Origin: a virus
Direction: 5' to 3' (one strand)
DNA: 64,000 nucleotides
IMG/VR virus record: IMGVR_UViG_3300043395_003072
Span: 1 to 64,000 of that record
The position numbers and the translations under genes were made by a program. The notes beneath the pieces are model-generated. The model searched no databases. It worked only from the letters and a program-made list of their open reading frames with translations, and had not been told where the DNA came from. How positions within the stretch are numbered: the stretch's first letter is position 1; the number at the start of each line of letters is the position of its first letter. This document shows, in pieces, positions 44,883 through 55,452 of this stretch.

Positions 44883-46979
44883 ATGCCAATTCTAAAGAAA
44901 TCAAATGCTGTTACATTTCTTCCTTACGACATTGCACTATATAGTGCTTCTTATAAAAATCCATTTTATCAACAGTATGCAGCCGGCTATAACACTTTAT
45001 TAATCGAAGATGAAGATCAGTCTACACTTTACCTAGATGGTGAAGCTTATGAATCTACAAGCTTAGTACCTTTCTTTGAAAAGAAACCACAAGCATTTAA
45101 TCCTGCTCGCCAAGATATATCTACCATGTATGAAAAGAATACTTTATTTACAAAGTATTCTTTTGCAAATGCTTGTCTTCAAACTCACTCATTAGTAACT
45201 ACTCAAAATAGTTACAATTCAGATAATAATTTAGGTTTAACTAATTTATCTAAAGCAGCAGATTTAACAGGAAATATGTCAACTGCTTTATTGCAAAGTG
45301 TAATCATTGGTGGTGAGACTTTTACTTTTTATCTAACAAGGCATTGGCCAAGAATAGTAAGCGCCCAAAACTCTTATGATCCTGCAGAACAAAAACTCAT
45401 TATGATTCAGGGGACTTCTTTTGAAAATTCGACTGCAATAGTCGAATACTCTATCCCTCTAGATACACTTGATTATACTTCTTATAGTACAATTCCTGGT
45501 TATACTTTTCTTTATATAGATACTGTAAATCGTTATATTTATTTTCTTGATAATGCTAGAAGAAACGGATCAGCTGCTTATACTCATGAATACTTTAATA
45601 AAGTAGTTGCTTTAAAATTTAACATCCCATCACAAGATGGGGTATTAAGTTTTGCTGCTTCTCCTACAGTACTTATTCATAATAGATCTACTGCTAGTTT
45701 TGTTCTCTTCCCTATGCTTGCTAGAACAATTCAAAGCTCAATTATATCTTTTTGTGGATTAGATGCATTCAATAACCTTGTTTTTGTAGAGCAGTATAAT
45801 AGAGCAGCAGCTTATCCTAGATCTGCAACTCCTGCTAATAAGTACTGGCTGCGTTTTCATATAGTAAAATATACTTCAGGAACTCCAAGCGTAACAAGAA
45901 CAGTAGACCTATCCTCATCTTGGGATATTGGTGCTTCTCCCAGTGCTTGGGCTCCTGGACATTCAGCGAGTATGCTTAGTTATCCTACCAAGTTTATTTC
46001 AGACAGCACTACTCCTACAATAAAAAGATCCTTACTTGTACTTCCTCAGCAAACTTATCAAATTGCTCCAATTGTCATTACCTGGAACTCTGCTTTAGAC
46101 TCAAGCAATGTTAGTACTACTCCATTTTCTATGGCTGCAGTTAGCCAATCAAATTTAACTTATCCATCAGGTACTACTTCTTTAGACTATATTGATATTC
46201 GATATGATAACGTAGTAAGTAACGCTTCTTCTGCTTATCAAAGCATATATGGTTTTCAAAAAGCTATTGTAACCAAATTAGCAGGCTCAACCTATATTAC
46301 TTTCTTTACTTCCTGGAAGTATCAAGTAAATATGGATGTAGCTAAAACAATAGCAACAAGAAAGATGAATGCTATTTGTTATAGACTTACAAATCTTGAG
46401 ACTAACCCAGCCTTAGAGTATATTCAAAGCTTCCCCATTGAGGCTTTAGATTATTTCTTAACTGACTCAGATACAACGTTAAATGTTATAGATAATGATG
46501 GAATCAGTTTTTACTCCTTAAGCCCTTCTGGTTGGGTAAATACCTCAAGAGAAGTTGGAGCCTTTACATCTATTGCTCTGGATAGTTTTGGAAGATTTTG
46601 GGCTACAAAGATTGCTGGTAAAAATTATTTACAATGGGATCAGCCATACTCAATTTGGTTACGCCCTTTCTATGACCCTAAGTTAGAGTTGCATATTATT
46701 CCTAGGACTTCTGCTTATACTACTAGCATTGAGTTTACAGATACCGATGTAGAATATAACGGTGTAAACATTAACAATACCCTCAAAGTTAACGCTTATA
46801 ACGCGCTTGGTCAAAGAATCGCTACTACTGTATTGCTTTCTATTGAAGGACCCAATATGGAGTTCCAAGTAGGAGGTACTCAACTTCAAGTAACTACTTC
46901 TACTATTCAAGATACTAGCGTTCCCGTAGTGATTACAGGCCCAGGTTATGTTAACGTTACTGCTAGCTTCGTGATCTAA
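44883..46979 (+). CDS. putative virion structural protein
   Basis: S/T/Y-rich; Ig-like C-terminus; paralog of 47887..49920. Confidence 0.55.
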   Translation: MPILKKSNAVTFLPYDIALYSASYKNPFYQQYAAGYNTLLIEDEDQSTLYLDGEAYESTSLVPFFEKKPQAFNPARQDISTMYEKNTLFTKYSFANACLQTHSLVTTQNSYNSDNNLGLTNLSKAADLTGNMSTALLQSVIIGGETFTFYLTRHWPRIVSAQNSYDPAEQKLIMIQGTSFENSTAIVEYSIPLDTLDYTSYSTIPGYTFLYIDTVNRYIYFLDNARRNGSAAYTHEYFNKVVALKFNIPSQDGVLSFAASPTVLIHNRSTASFVLFPMLARTIQSSIISFCGLDAFNNLVFVEQYNRAAAYPRSATPANKYWLRFHIVKYTSGTPSVTRTVDLSSSWDIGASPSAWAPGHSASMLSYPTKFISDSTTPTIKRSLLVLPQQTYQIAPIVITWNSALDSSNVSTTPFSMAAVSQSNLTYPSGTTSLDYIDIRYDNVVSNASSAYQSIYGFQKAIVTKLAGSTYITFFTSWKYQVNMDVAKTIATRKMNAICYRLTNLETNPALEYIQSFPIEALDYFLTDSDTTLNVIDNDGISFYSLSPSGWVNTSREVGAFTSIALDSFGRFWATKIAGKNYLQWDQPYSIWLRPFYDPKLELHIIPRTSAYTTSIEFTDTDVEYNGVNINNTLKVNAYNALGQRIATTVLLSIEGPNMEFQVGGTQLQVTTSTIQDTSVPVVITGPGYVNVTASFVI

Positions 46980-46998
46980 TAATAATCTGGAGGGAATC

Positions 46999-47700
46999 AT
47001 GCCACAATTTGAGTTTTTAGATAGAATAGTTAATACTATTTCTCTACAAACAAAGCCTGCATCTAAATTTAAGAAAAAAACCACTTCTTATTTTTACGAT
47101 ACTGATTCCCTTCAGGTTTTTAAAAAACTAAATTCAAACTCTTATCTTGCTGACTTTACTTTTCTTAATGTAAATACTCGTGCAAGCTTATTATCTACAA
47201 TAATATCTTCAAGTATATTTTCAGTACCTACTGATTATATATATATGAATAGTTCTACTTCTATTGAAATAGACTATTTTAGTCCTCAAACTACTCAAGA
47301 AAAAACAGAAACTCTCTTATTCTTTTCACAAGAAGCTTCTGCTAATTCACTTCACTACTTAAATGAATCAGCTCAACTAAACTATTTGTTAAATAGTTAT
47401 ACAGCTTATACTGACTTAAATCAGTATACTGATATTTCTTTAATAAATAGTTCCGAATCTTTACTTGTAGCTTCAATTCAAGATAGCTATCAGGACTATC
47501 CTATAGGCTCTGCTGCTTCTGTATCTTTAAATACTCCTGCTTATATCTATGTTCAAAAGGTAAATGACGATTTAATTCTTGCTTTAGATTTACAAGAGAA
47601 TTTAATTATTGAATATACCGAACCTCAAGATGTTGAGGAGTATGTGCCTCCAAATCCTGAAGACCTTATAATCATAACTCTAAAAGAATTTTGGGGCTAA
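46999..47700 (+). CDS. hypothetical protein (structural block)
   Basis: GGAGG RBS. Confidence 0.5.
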   Translation: MPQFEFLDRIVNTISLQTKPASKFKKKTTSYFYDTDSLQVFKKLNSNSYLADFTFLNVNTRASLLSTIISSSIFSVPTDYIYMNSSTSIEIDYFSPQTTQEKTETLLFFSQEASANSLHYLNESAQLNYLLNSYTAYTDLNQYTDISLINSSESLLVASIQDSYQDYPIGSAASVSLNTPAYIYVQKVNDDLILALDLQENLIIEYTEPQDVEEYVPPNPEDLIIITLKEFWG

Positions 47701-47702
47701 AA

Positions 47703-47903
47703 ATGACTGAATTACAACTCGTTGAAGGCTGTCTTTATGTTTATGAAGATAGCGTATTAATAATGACCACCAGGGGCAACCCTACTCTATATAATCAACC
47801 TTTTCTAACCTTAGAAGAAGCTCAAGCTTGGTATCTTACCACAGTTCCTCAAGAGCAAATACAAGTAGAAGAAGAGGAGGTTCAAGATGAGAGTACTATC
47901 TAA
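47703..47903 (+). CDS. small acidic protein (structural block)
   Basis: PFLTLEEAQAW. Confidence 0.5.
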   Translation: MTELQLVEGCLYVYEDSVLIMTTRGNPTLYNQPFLTLEEAQAWYLTTVPQEQIQVEEEEVQDESTI

Positions 47904-49920
47904 TACTATTATAAAAAGACTTGGTGCTTTAAATTACGAGTATCCTCAAAACAAAATATTAGCAGGTTTTGATGCTAATAATATTTATGCAAATGATCTC
48001 AAAATTCATAATACGTCTAAATTAGAAAGACCTTATAAAGAGACTTTCTTCTCTACGCACGATACTTCAAACACAATTCCTTACAAAAATTATTTGGCTA
48101 CGGAATTTCCTTGCAACTATTCTCCTCGATCAAATGTAGAAGCAGAAGACAATACAAGAAACTACACTGCTGGAAAAATAGATAAAACTCCTATTTGGAA
48201 AAACACTGCATACATGAATGTTCTTGATAAAAACTTAAGAGCGAAATGTGGAACTCTTTACAGTTTTCAAGATTCAGCATCAGTAAATCACTTTGTGCAG
48301 ATAGATTATAATGAACCTATTCTTTCCGCTTCTCACAACTACACAATCAATATTTCCCTAGTTCAAGGAAATGACTTATCTAGTATTCAGGCTAGTACTA
48401 TTAAGAGTTATTCTAATGGAATAATTACTCCTTTTAATCCAAACTATGTTTATACTGGAGTACCTTCCATTTTCTGGATAGATACAACTAGAAAATTTAT
48501 TTATTTAAATATGTATGCTGGTTATACTTATAGTGCAGATATTAATAGTTATCAGTACCAAGCTAGACTTTTATATAGAGTTAGTTATACTACAGTTGCA
48601 GATGGCGGTTCCCTCTCTCTTGGCAACTATGAGTACATAGCTACTCCAGGAACAAGCTTTTATACAATGGCCTACATGCATGCCGATCAATTGTTTCTTT
48701 GTGGTTTTGGTAACAATGGCAATCCAGTATACTTAAGAGCAGTTGAAAAAAATGCTGCAGGCTCTATCAATAGCTGGTACAACGCAGCGCCTTATACTGA
48801 TACACACTATCATAGGTATATAATATTTGAACACGTACTTAGTAATAATACTATTCTCACTTTGCACGATTTTGACTCTACTACTGGTTGGGGCCTTGGC
48901 GCTAACATAAACGATACTTCAAATAGAATAACTGGCCATTGCTCCCCTACTTGTTTTGAACAAGTAGATAGCGACAATTATAATGCTTTTTTTCCTGGGT
49001 TTAATACAAATAATCAACTGACTCCAATCCTTATAAAATGGAATAAAGCTACAAATGTTTTTCAACCAATAAGAGTACCTACAAGCATACAAGCTACAAT
49101 TAAAAATCAGTATCAAGATGTACATGACGATGCAGTTCCTTACACCTATACATTTAGTAACACTACATTAAGTCTTAGTTTAAAAGTTGTAGCTCCTGTA
49201 GTTATGGAAATTGTTACTGGTGAATTAGGTAATAAATATTTAGTAGTATATAATGACCTATTCAATAACAGAATGAGAGCTTATTGCACTTCTACCGGCG
49301 TTAGAAATATTGTTACATTCTCTATAACAAATAGTTGGTATACTCTAACTCACCTACAGACTGCTTCTATTGATTCTTTGTTTTCTTTGCCATTAAATTC
49401 TAATAGAACTAAATTAGCTGTTGCAGAAGCTGCAAATGTTTCTCTTTGGTCATTTAACGAAATAAATTACTGGCAAAAAACTATTACTACTCCAGCTATT
49501 GCCTATTATCTTGTTAGAAAAGATGATAATTCTTTTTATGCAGTAACTATGGAATCGGATACACTTGGAGATTTAGCTATTACTCAGTATCCAGAGAGAA
49601 GATATTCTACTTCTAGGATTCTTGAAATTAATGAAAATGCCAGTTCTAAGCAAATAGTTATAAATCTTGGTTCAGATGTTTCTTATACAGGTACTTCTCA
49701 AAATAAAACTATTTCTGTAGATGTATTGGATAATGGTTTAAGGTCTGTTGAGTCTGTAACCCTTACTATAAGCTCAGATAATGCAGTTTTTGATACTACT
49801 CCTCAAGCTAATACTACTACAATAGTAACTTCATCTACTGCATCTACTTCAGTGCCTTTAATTCTAAACTCTCCAGGTGTAGTATTTATCAGCGCTAAAT
49901 TTACTGATCTGGAGGTTTAA
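47887..49920 (+). CDS. putative virion structural protein
   Basis: Paralog of 44883..46979. Confidence 0.55.
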   Translation: MRVLSNTIIKRLGALNYEYPQNKILAGFDANNIYANDLKIHNTSKLERPYKETFFSTHDTSNTIPYKNYLATEFPCNYSPRSNVEAEDNTRNYTAGKIDKTPIWKNTAYMNVLDKNLRAKCGTLYSFQDSASVNHFVQIDYNEPILSASHNYTINISLVQGNDLSSIQASTIKSYSNGIITPFNPNYVYTGVPSIFWIDTTRKFIYLNMYAGYTYSADINSYQYQARLLYRVSYTTVADGGSLSLGNYEYIATPGTSFYTMAYMHADQLFLCGFGNNGNPVYLRAVEKNAAGSINSWYNAAPYTDTHYHRYIIFEHVLSNNTILTLHDFDSTTGWGLGANINDTSNRITGHCSPTCFEQVDSDNYNAFFPGFNTNNQLTPILIKWNKATNVFQPIRVPTSIQATIKNQYQDVHDDAVPYTYTFSNTTLSLSLKVVAPVVMEIVTGELGNKYLVVYNDLFNNRMRAYCTSTGVRNIVTFSITNSWYTLTHLQTASIDSLFSLPLNSNRTKLAVAEAANVSLWSFNEINYWQKTITTPAIAYYLVRKDDNSFYAVTMESDTLGDLAITQYPERRYSTSRILEINENASSKQIVINLGSDVSYTGTSQNKTISVDVLDNGLRSVESVTLTISSDNAVFDTTPQANTTTIVTSSTASTSVPLILNSPGVVFISAKFTDLEV

Positions 49921-50214
49921 ATGAGTAATGTCTCTTATCCAATAACAATAATCAATTCTACGATTAATATAACTGGTGAAAATTCAGTTGGTACTATAAT
50001 CACTACTCATGATCTCTCCTCTTTTATTGATGGCGAGACTGTAGTCTTTCCCTTATCTCCAGCGCCTAACCCAAGTAATGTATTTGTAGTAAGCCTAGAT
50101 GGTTTGGTTTTAACTCCAAACGCAGACTATACAAAAACAAGCAGCTTGCTTACTTTGAATTTTGATGCTCCTCAACCAGGAGCTAAACTTTTAGCTTTCT
50201 ATCAGGATCTTTAA
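49921..50214 (+). CDS. virion structural protein
   Basis: HDLS..IDG...VSLDGLVL...DY. Confidence 0.55.
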   Translation: MSNVSYPITIINSTINITGENSVGTIITTHDLSSFIDGETVVFPLSPAPNPSNVFVVSLDGLVLTPNADYTKTSSLLTLNFDAPQPGAKLLAFYQDL

Positions 50215-50215
50215 A

Positions 50216-51766
50216 ATGCCAAGAGTTACAAAAGTAAAAGTAGATGGCTTAGATATCCCTAATATATTCTCTCCAGGATATTCATTAGACTCTTCAGGTT
50301 TAGTTATAGCTTCTAGCACACCAGGTCCTCAAGGTCCTCAAGGAGCACCTGGTCCACAAGGCGATAAAGGTGATACTGGAGACCAAGGCCCTCCAGGTGT
50401 TAATGCTTTATGGAACTATACTGGAGAATATAATAATGGTGCCGAATATGCTGTAGGAGATATAGCTACTTATGCAGGAAGTCTATGGTACAGATCAGAT
50501 TCTAATGGAGGAAATGTTGGTGATGTTCCTGGTCTCGGTAGCAGTTTTTGGGATCTGCTTTCTTCTAAAGGTGATCAAGGACTTCAAGGGGAGCAGGGTA
50601 TCCAAGGCTTGCAAGGGCCTCAAGGAGAACCTACTGACATTACAGATTTAGAACAAAATCGTTTATATTCACAGGTTATTTATGTAAATAATTCAGTAGA
50701 AGATATTCAACCTGCTATAGATCAAGTAACTAGTCAAAACATTTTAGTTTGGACATCTCCAGGTTCTTATGGTGGTTCTACTTTAACTTTAAATGATAAA
50801 ATACTATTGAAATTAAAAGCAGAAGGTTCTTCTACTGGTGGTTTTGGTATTGCAGAATTACCTGAAAGAGCTTTAACAATTACTGGCTCTGCCTCAACTA
50901 GAAACCTTATTGAAGGTTTTCAAATAGAAGGTTTAGCTACAATTAATGGTACTCAAGGAAGACATGCTTTTATTAACTGCCAACTTTTAGGTGGTTTAAC
51001 AATTAATAATGCTTGTTCAAATTTTATAACTATTCGTGATTGCGAAATTGTTGGACCTGTAAGTATTGCTGCAAGCGTTACTGCTGTTATTTATTTTATT
51101 AATTGTAATTTTCTAGGCGTTACTTTTAGTAACTCTGCTACGCCTACTCAAGTTATTATTGCTAATTGCAATGGATTCCCTTCAGCTTCTGCTTTGTCAG
51201 TAACTTTAGTGGGTCAGAATGGATTTTCAGATCTTTCTATTAGAGGTTTCTTTTCTGCTTTAACGCTTCCAAATGCATTAGCATTCACTGGAAATACTAA
51301 TCAGTTAACTAATGGTGCCGGATTCATTACTAGCAGCCAAGCACCAGTACAATCTGTCAATACTGCTACTGGGGCCGTTACTATTAGTGGACAAAACACA
51401 AACACAAACCACACTCCAATAAACTACACTACTTCAGGTAATACGTTAACGCAACACCTTGCTGGTATAGACTCTAAGTTAAATTTCTTACAATTAACTT
51501 ACGAAAGAAAAACAACTAGCTTTAATGCTTCAACTAGTTATCATTATTCAGTAGATACTAGCGCTGGAGATGTTATTGCTACGTTACCATTAAGCTCCTC
51601 TGCAGGAAGAGTTATTGGTTTTAAACGTAGGGCTGGTAATCACGTTTTAACCGTAACTCCTTCTGGTTCAAATACAATTGATAGTAATGGAGCTTATAGT
51701 TTAACTCATCAAGAGTATATACGTTTACTTGATAGTGGTTTAGGTGATTGGGAGATTATCAAATAA
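50216..51766 (+). CDS. collagen-repeat tail fibre protein
   Basis: GXY repeats flanking a carbohydrate-binding-like module (YAVGDIATYAGSLW), then beta-helix and VQSVN. Confidence 0.8.
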   Translation: MPRVTKVKVDGLDIPNIFSPGYSLDSSGLVIASSTPGPQGPQGAPGPQGDKGDTGDQGPPGVNALWNYTGEYNNGAEYAVGDIATYAGSLWYRSDSNGGNVGDVPGLGSSFWDLLSSKGDQGLQGEQGIQGLQGPQGEPTDITDLEQNRLYSQVIYVNNSVEDIQPAIDQVTSQNILVWTSPGSYGGSTLTLNDKILLKLKAEGSSTGGFGIAELPERALTITGSASTRNLIEGFQIEGLATINGTQGRHAFINCQLLGGLTINNACSNFITIRDCEIVGPVSIAASVTAVIYFINCNFLGVTFSNSATPTQVIIANCNGFPSASALSVTLVGQNGFSDLSIRGFFSALTLPNALAFTGNTNQLTNGAGFITSSQAPVQSVNTATGAVTISGQNTNTNHTPINYTTSGNTLTQHLAGIDSKLNFLQLTYERKTTSFNASTSYHYSVDTSAGDVIATLPLSSSAGRVIGFKRRAGNHVLTVTPSGSNTIDSNGAYSLTHQEYIRLLDSGLGDWEIIK

Positions 51767-51775
51767 AGGAAATAA

Positions 51776-51889
51776 ATGAAAATTGTCTCCAAGCAAGATG
51801 CTGGAGAGCAAGTAGTTTACGATATTGGAGTGGCTAGCTTAGAAGGTCATAACAATTTCTTACTAAACAATGGGCTCGTAGCATCTAAC
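51776..51889 (+). mobile_element. split intein C-half (38 aa)
   Basis: MKIV...VYDIGV...HNNFLLNNGLVASN then Cys+1. Confidence 0.93.
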
Positions 51890-53038
51890 TGTTTTAACAA
51901 AGCGCATAGTGTTAGTTACTCTGTTCTAACTTACATTACTGCATACCTAAAGGCTCACTACCCTGTTGAGTTTTTCACCTCTCTGATGTCTACTCGATCA
52001 AAGACTTTGCAACCTAAAACCTGGGCTATTAAAGCTCCAGAATATATCAAGGAAGCAAAACACTTTGGAGTAGATATTAATCCTCCATCTGTAAATCAAA
52101 GTAGCTTTGAGTTTACTGTTATAGGCTCAGAGATTTACTTTGGACTTAATGCTATTAGGGATGTAGGGCAAACAGCTGCAAGAGCTATTATTGCAGCTAG
52201 AGGCTCTATAGCTTTTAAAGATATTAAAGACTTTCTTAATAGAGTTAATCTTCAGAAGGTAAACACTAAGGTCTTTGAGGCTCTTGTTAAAGCAGGTGCT
52301 TTTGACAAGATGGGTTATACTCGATCAGAGCTTCTAGAAAATACTTCTGCTATTTATTCTTATATAAAAGATATAGAAGATTATAAACAGCGAGAAATTG
52401 ATTTTGTTGAAAGAGAAAATCACAATCTTAGAGTTGTTCCCTTAATAGAGCGTAGAGATTTTCTTAGAAATGAAATCAAGAAGATAGAGAATAGAATAGC
52501 TAAAGCTAAAGATAAGCCTGAAGATGCTGCCACACTTCTAGCTTATCAAGAAGAACTTCAACCTCTAGAAGATCAAGCACTTAAACGTTTACCTGCTTTG
52601 CAAAAGTTTGAGCTTCCAGTATTTCCTGAACTTCAAAGGAATAAACTTGTGCCTTTGAATCTTAAAGAAATTATGGAGCAAGCTCAATATATAGGTTGCT
52701 ATATTGGTGGTCATCCACTAGATCTTATTTCTATTGAGAAAGATGATCTGGATACTCTAGAAGAAGATACGTATGCAACTGTAGCCGGTGTTGTTCTATC
52801 TACTAAAACTGTAAAAACAAGATCAGGCAAGATGATGGCTTTCTTTGAAATAGATGATTCTACTAGCAGTGCAGAGATTGTAGTATTTCCGCAGCTCTGG
52901 TCTAAGGTAGAAGCTCTAGAAGTAAAAGAGACTGATATTTTAAAGTGCCGAGTTAAAGTTGAATCTACAGATCCAGATATAAAACTAATTCTTCAATCAA
53001 TAGAAAGATTTAAAATACAAAATGAAATGGACACCTGA
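51776..53038 (+). CDS. dnaE: split intein C-half fused to DNA polymerase III alpha fragment 3 (HhH/OB)
   Basis: ASN|CFNKAHSVSY, AYLKAHYPVEF, PPSVNQS, GLNAIRDVG, LVKAGAFD, GCYIGGHPL, OB fold. Confidence 0.95.
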   Translation: MKIVSKQDAGEQVVYDIGVASLEGHNNFLLNNGLVASNCFNKAHSVSYSVLTYITAYLKAHYPVEFFTSLMSTRSKTLQPKTWAIKAPEYIKEAKHFGVDINPPSVNQSSFEFTVIGSEIYFGLNAIRDVGQTAARAIIAARGSIAFKDIKDFLNRVNLQKVNTKVFEALVKAGAFDKMGYTRSELLENTSAIYSYIKDIEDYKQREIDFVERENHNLRVVPLIERRDFLRNEIKKIENRIAKAKDKPEDAATLLAYQEELQPLEDQALKRLPALQKFELPVFPELQRNKLVPLNLKEIMEQAQYIGCYIGGHPLDLISIEKDDLDTLEEDTYATVAGVVLSTKTVKTRSGKMMAFFEIDDSTSSAEIVVFPQLWSKVEALEVKETDILKCRVKVESTDPDIKLILQSIERFKIQNEMDT

Positions 53039-54089
53039 AGAAGAAAAACTATTAGCTCGCTCTTTAGGCAAGCTTAACTATGCGGAGATTACTAGCCTAA
53101 TCAACGCAAAATATAATGAGAATACCCCCGGCTTTCCTTACCAAAGAACAGAGCCTGCAGTTCGCAGGAAGATCTTAAGGGATAAAATCACTCCAACTGA
53201 AACTAAAGAGTATTCAGATAACTGGGATTTTATTATTGAGACTGCCAAGGAGTATCGTTCAAGATCTACCAAGTTAGATGTTGGATTGTCTGATAGTAAA
53301 GAGCGCAAGATTATTTCTTTTAGTGATTTACACTTACCATTCTTTCTTTGGGAAGATATGGAAAAAGCTCTAATACAACACAAAGATGCTAATATTATAG
53401 TACTCAATGGTGACATTTTAGATGCTTATATATTCAGTACATTTTCTAAAAGTAAAAACATTGCAGCTATCAAAGAATATAAGATGGCTTTCGATCTAGT
53501 ACATTACCTCTCTGATAACTTTGAGAAAGTAGTATTAGTTTCAGGCAACCATGACTATCGAACATCTAGAGCTTTAAAGATGGCAGGCTTTTCTAATGAT
53601 GCCTCTTCTGTCTATGGTGGAGACTTGCTCTTTAGAATAGCTAATGGTGAGAAACTAAATGATCAAGCTGTTCTCGAAGAGAAGATTGAGTTTGATAATG
53701 TTTACTATCAACGAGCAGATCCGTGGTATGTACGTATAGGCAAAACTATATTCTGCCACCCATCAGGCTTTGGAAGTAAATATCCTGGAGCTACTGTAGT
53801 AAAACTACTTGACCATTTCTCTGAGAGAATGCAAGATAGTGATTTCGATTCTATCGTTGTAGGTCATACTCATAAAGTATATAAAGGTATTGTCTCCGGA
53901 AAGCTTCTTATTGAACAAGGAGCTATGGCTCATAGGCTCCCTTATCAATTCCAAGCAGACCTTAAATTTAAAAATGCAATGAATGGATATGCCGTAATTT
54001 ATCAAGACGTTTCCGGCAATACCAATTTCAACGATTCCACCCCAATTTACATAGGTTCACATCTACCTACTAAGAAAGGTCTAATATGA
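53022..54089 (+). CDS. calcineurin-like metallophosphoesterase with N-terminal HTH-like domain
   Basis: SDLH, NGDILD, GNHD, GHTH; MKWTPEEE. Confidence 0.85.
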   Translation: MKWTPEEEKLLARSLGKLNYAEITSLINAKYNENTPGFPYQRTEPAVRRKILRDKITPTETKEYSDNWDFIIETAKEYRSRSTKLDVGLSDSKERKIISFSDLHLPFFLWEDMEKALIQHKDANIIVLNGDILDAYIFSTFSKSKNIAAIKEYKMAFDLVHYLSDNFEKVVLVSGNHDYRTSRALKMAGFSNDASSVYGGDLLFRIANGEKLNDQAVLEEKIEFDNVYYQRADPWYVRIGKTIFCHPSGFGSKYPGATVVKLLDHFSERMQDSDFDSIVVGHTHKVYKGIVSGKLLIEQGAMAHRLPYQFQADLKFKNAMNGYAVIYQDVSGNTNFNDSTPIYIGSHLPTKKGLI

Positions 54090-54427
54090 CTACTGCTACC
54101 GACAATATGCCTAAAGAAGTTGCTGATCAACCAACTCCATTTGGTTTTACTATGAATCTGGCTCAAGCTCTTGAGTCTCGAATTGATTATAATTTCAATT
54201 CAATTATCCAGCTTTCTCTTCTTGTCGAGTTTCTTTATGACAAACTTGAAGAGAAGGGTTTAGGTATTGAACTTGACGAAAGCTTCCAGAAGTTTCAAGA
54301 AGAACGACTCGCTGATATCAAGAAGCAGTTCCAAGAAATTACTGAGTCTGTAAATAAAGAAACGGAAGCTGCAGCTAAACAAGCTGTAGAAGAGATTGCT
54401 GAAAAGCTAGATCTTAAGGATAACTAA
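54086..54427 (+). CDS. hypothetical coiled-coil protein
   Basis: ORF track. Confidence 0.55.
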   Translation: MTTATDNMPKEVADQPTPFGFTMNLAQALESRIDYNFNSIIQLSLLVEFLYDKLEEKGLGIELDESFQKFQEERLADIKKQFQEITESVNKETEAAAKQAVEEIAEKLDLKDN

Positions 54428-55452
54428 TGTCTTATCAAAGTAACTGGTCATTTGTTAATTGGATTACTAATGAGCTCTGTAAGATTCCATTAGATGAACA
54501 AAAGGCCCCTACATTATGGCCAAGCTCTGCTACGGCTATTGTAAATAACCAGGTAATGGGGAAATGTAGGCGCCAAGCATATTATCGTTATGCTACAGAT
54601 CTATATAACTTCAGCCCCAAGTATTCTCACCTAGAAGAACTTATCTCTACAATCAAGCAGAATAAGCTTCCTCCAAGTCTTTATACTCAATGGATTTGGA
54701 AACAAGGTGAGCTTTACGAGCAACACTGCATTGATCTTGCAAGAGACTCAGGTATTTATGTAGGTACTCAGGTATCTGTATATATCCCCGCTTTCAATGT
54801 TTCAGGGAAGATCGATCTTATTGTACTTAACCCAGAAACCTCTACTTATCATATTGTAGAAGTTAAATCTGTTTATGGATTTAATGCTAACTCAGTAATT
54901 GGTACTGATGCTAATCATCGTATGGGCAAGCTTGGAGAACCAAGAGATGCTCACTTAATGCAGCTAGGTATCTATCAGTGGTGGTATGGTAACCCAAAAG
55001 CTTGGGGTCCAGGTATTCTTCTCTATGGTTCTAGAGATACTGGCAGGGCTGCTGAGTATCTTGTTACTGTAGAAGAGATCGATGGCTTAGATTATATCTT
55101 CTATCAAGGTCAATACCCTGTAAAGACTGAAAAAGTTAACAGTGGCATTACTATTCAAAGCATTATGAATAATTACAAAATGATTATGGATGCTGCGGAT
55201 TCTAATGAGCTTCCACCTAAAGACTTTGAACTTATTTACTCTCAGGAAAAGATTGACGCTATGTATGAAGCTGGTCAGTTAAATAAAACTGATACAGTAC
55301 AATATGAGCGCCGTAAGAAGCAGATAGAGGAAGGTAAGACTAAGCTTACTAAAGAAGTAATTAAAGGTGATTGGCAATGTAGATTGTGCGACTACAAGAA
55401 AGTATGTTATCCAGATGCTCCCGATACAGAAGACGGAGATGTCTCCGAATAG
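54427..55452 (+). CDS. Cas4/PD-(D/E)XK-like exonuclease
   Basis: PSS..KCRR, GKIDL, VEVKS, QLGIY, WQCRLCDYKKVC. Confidence 0.8.
   Translation: MSYQSNWSFVNWITNELCKIPLDEQKAPTLWPSSATAIVNNQVMGKCRRQAYYRYATDLYNFSPKYSHLEELISTIKQNKLPPSLYTQWIWKQGELYEQHCIDLARDSGIYVGTQVSVYIPAFNVSGKIDLIVLNPETSTYHIVEVKSVYGFNANSVIGTDANHRMGKLGEPRDAHLMQLGIYQWWYGNPKAWGPGILLYGSRDTGRAAEYLVTVEEIDGLDYIFYQGQYPVKTEKVNSGITIQSIMNNYKMIMDAADSNELPPKDFELIYSQEKIDAMYEAGQLNKTDTVQYERRKKQIEEGKTKLTKEVIKGDWQCRLCDYKKVCYPDAPDTEDGDVSE

Noticed and set aside
50322-50630. GGT-CCT-CAA-type DNA repeats as a separate element
   Set aside because: They encode the collagen GXY repeats of the tail fibre.
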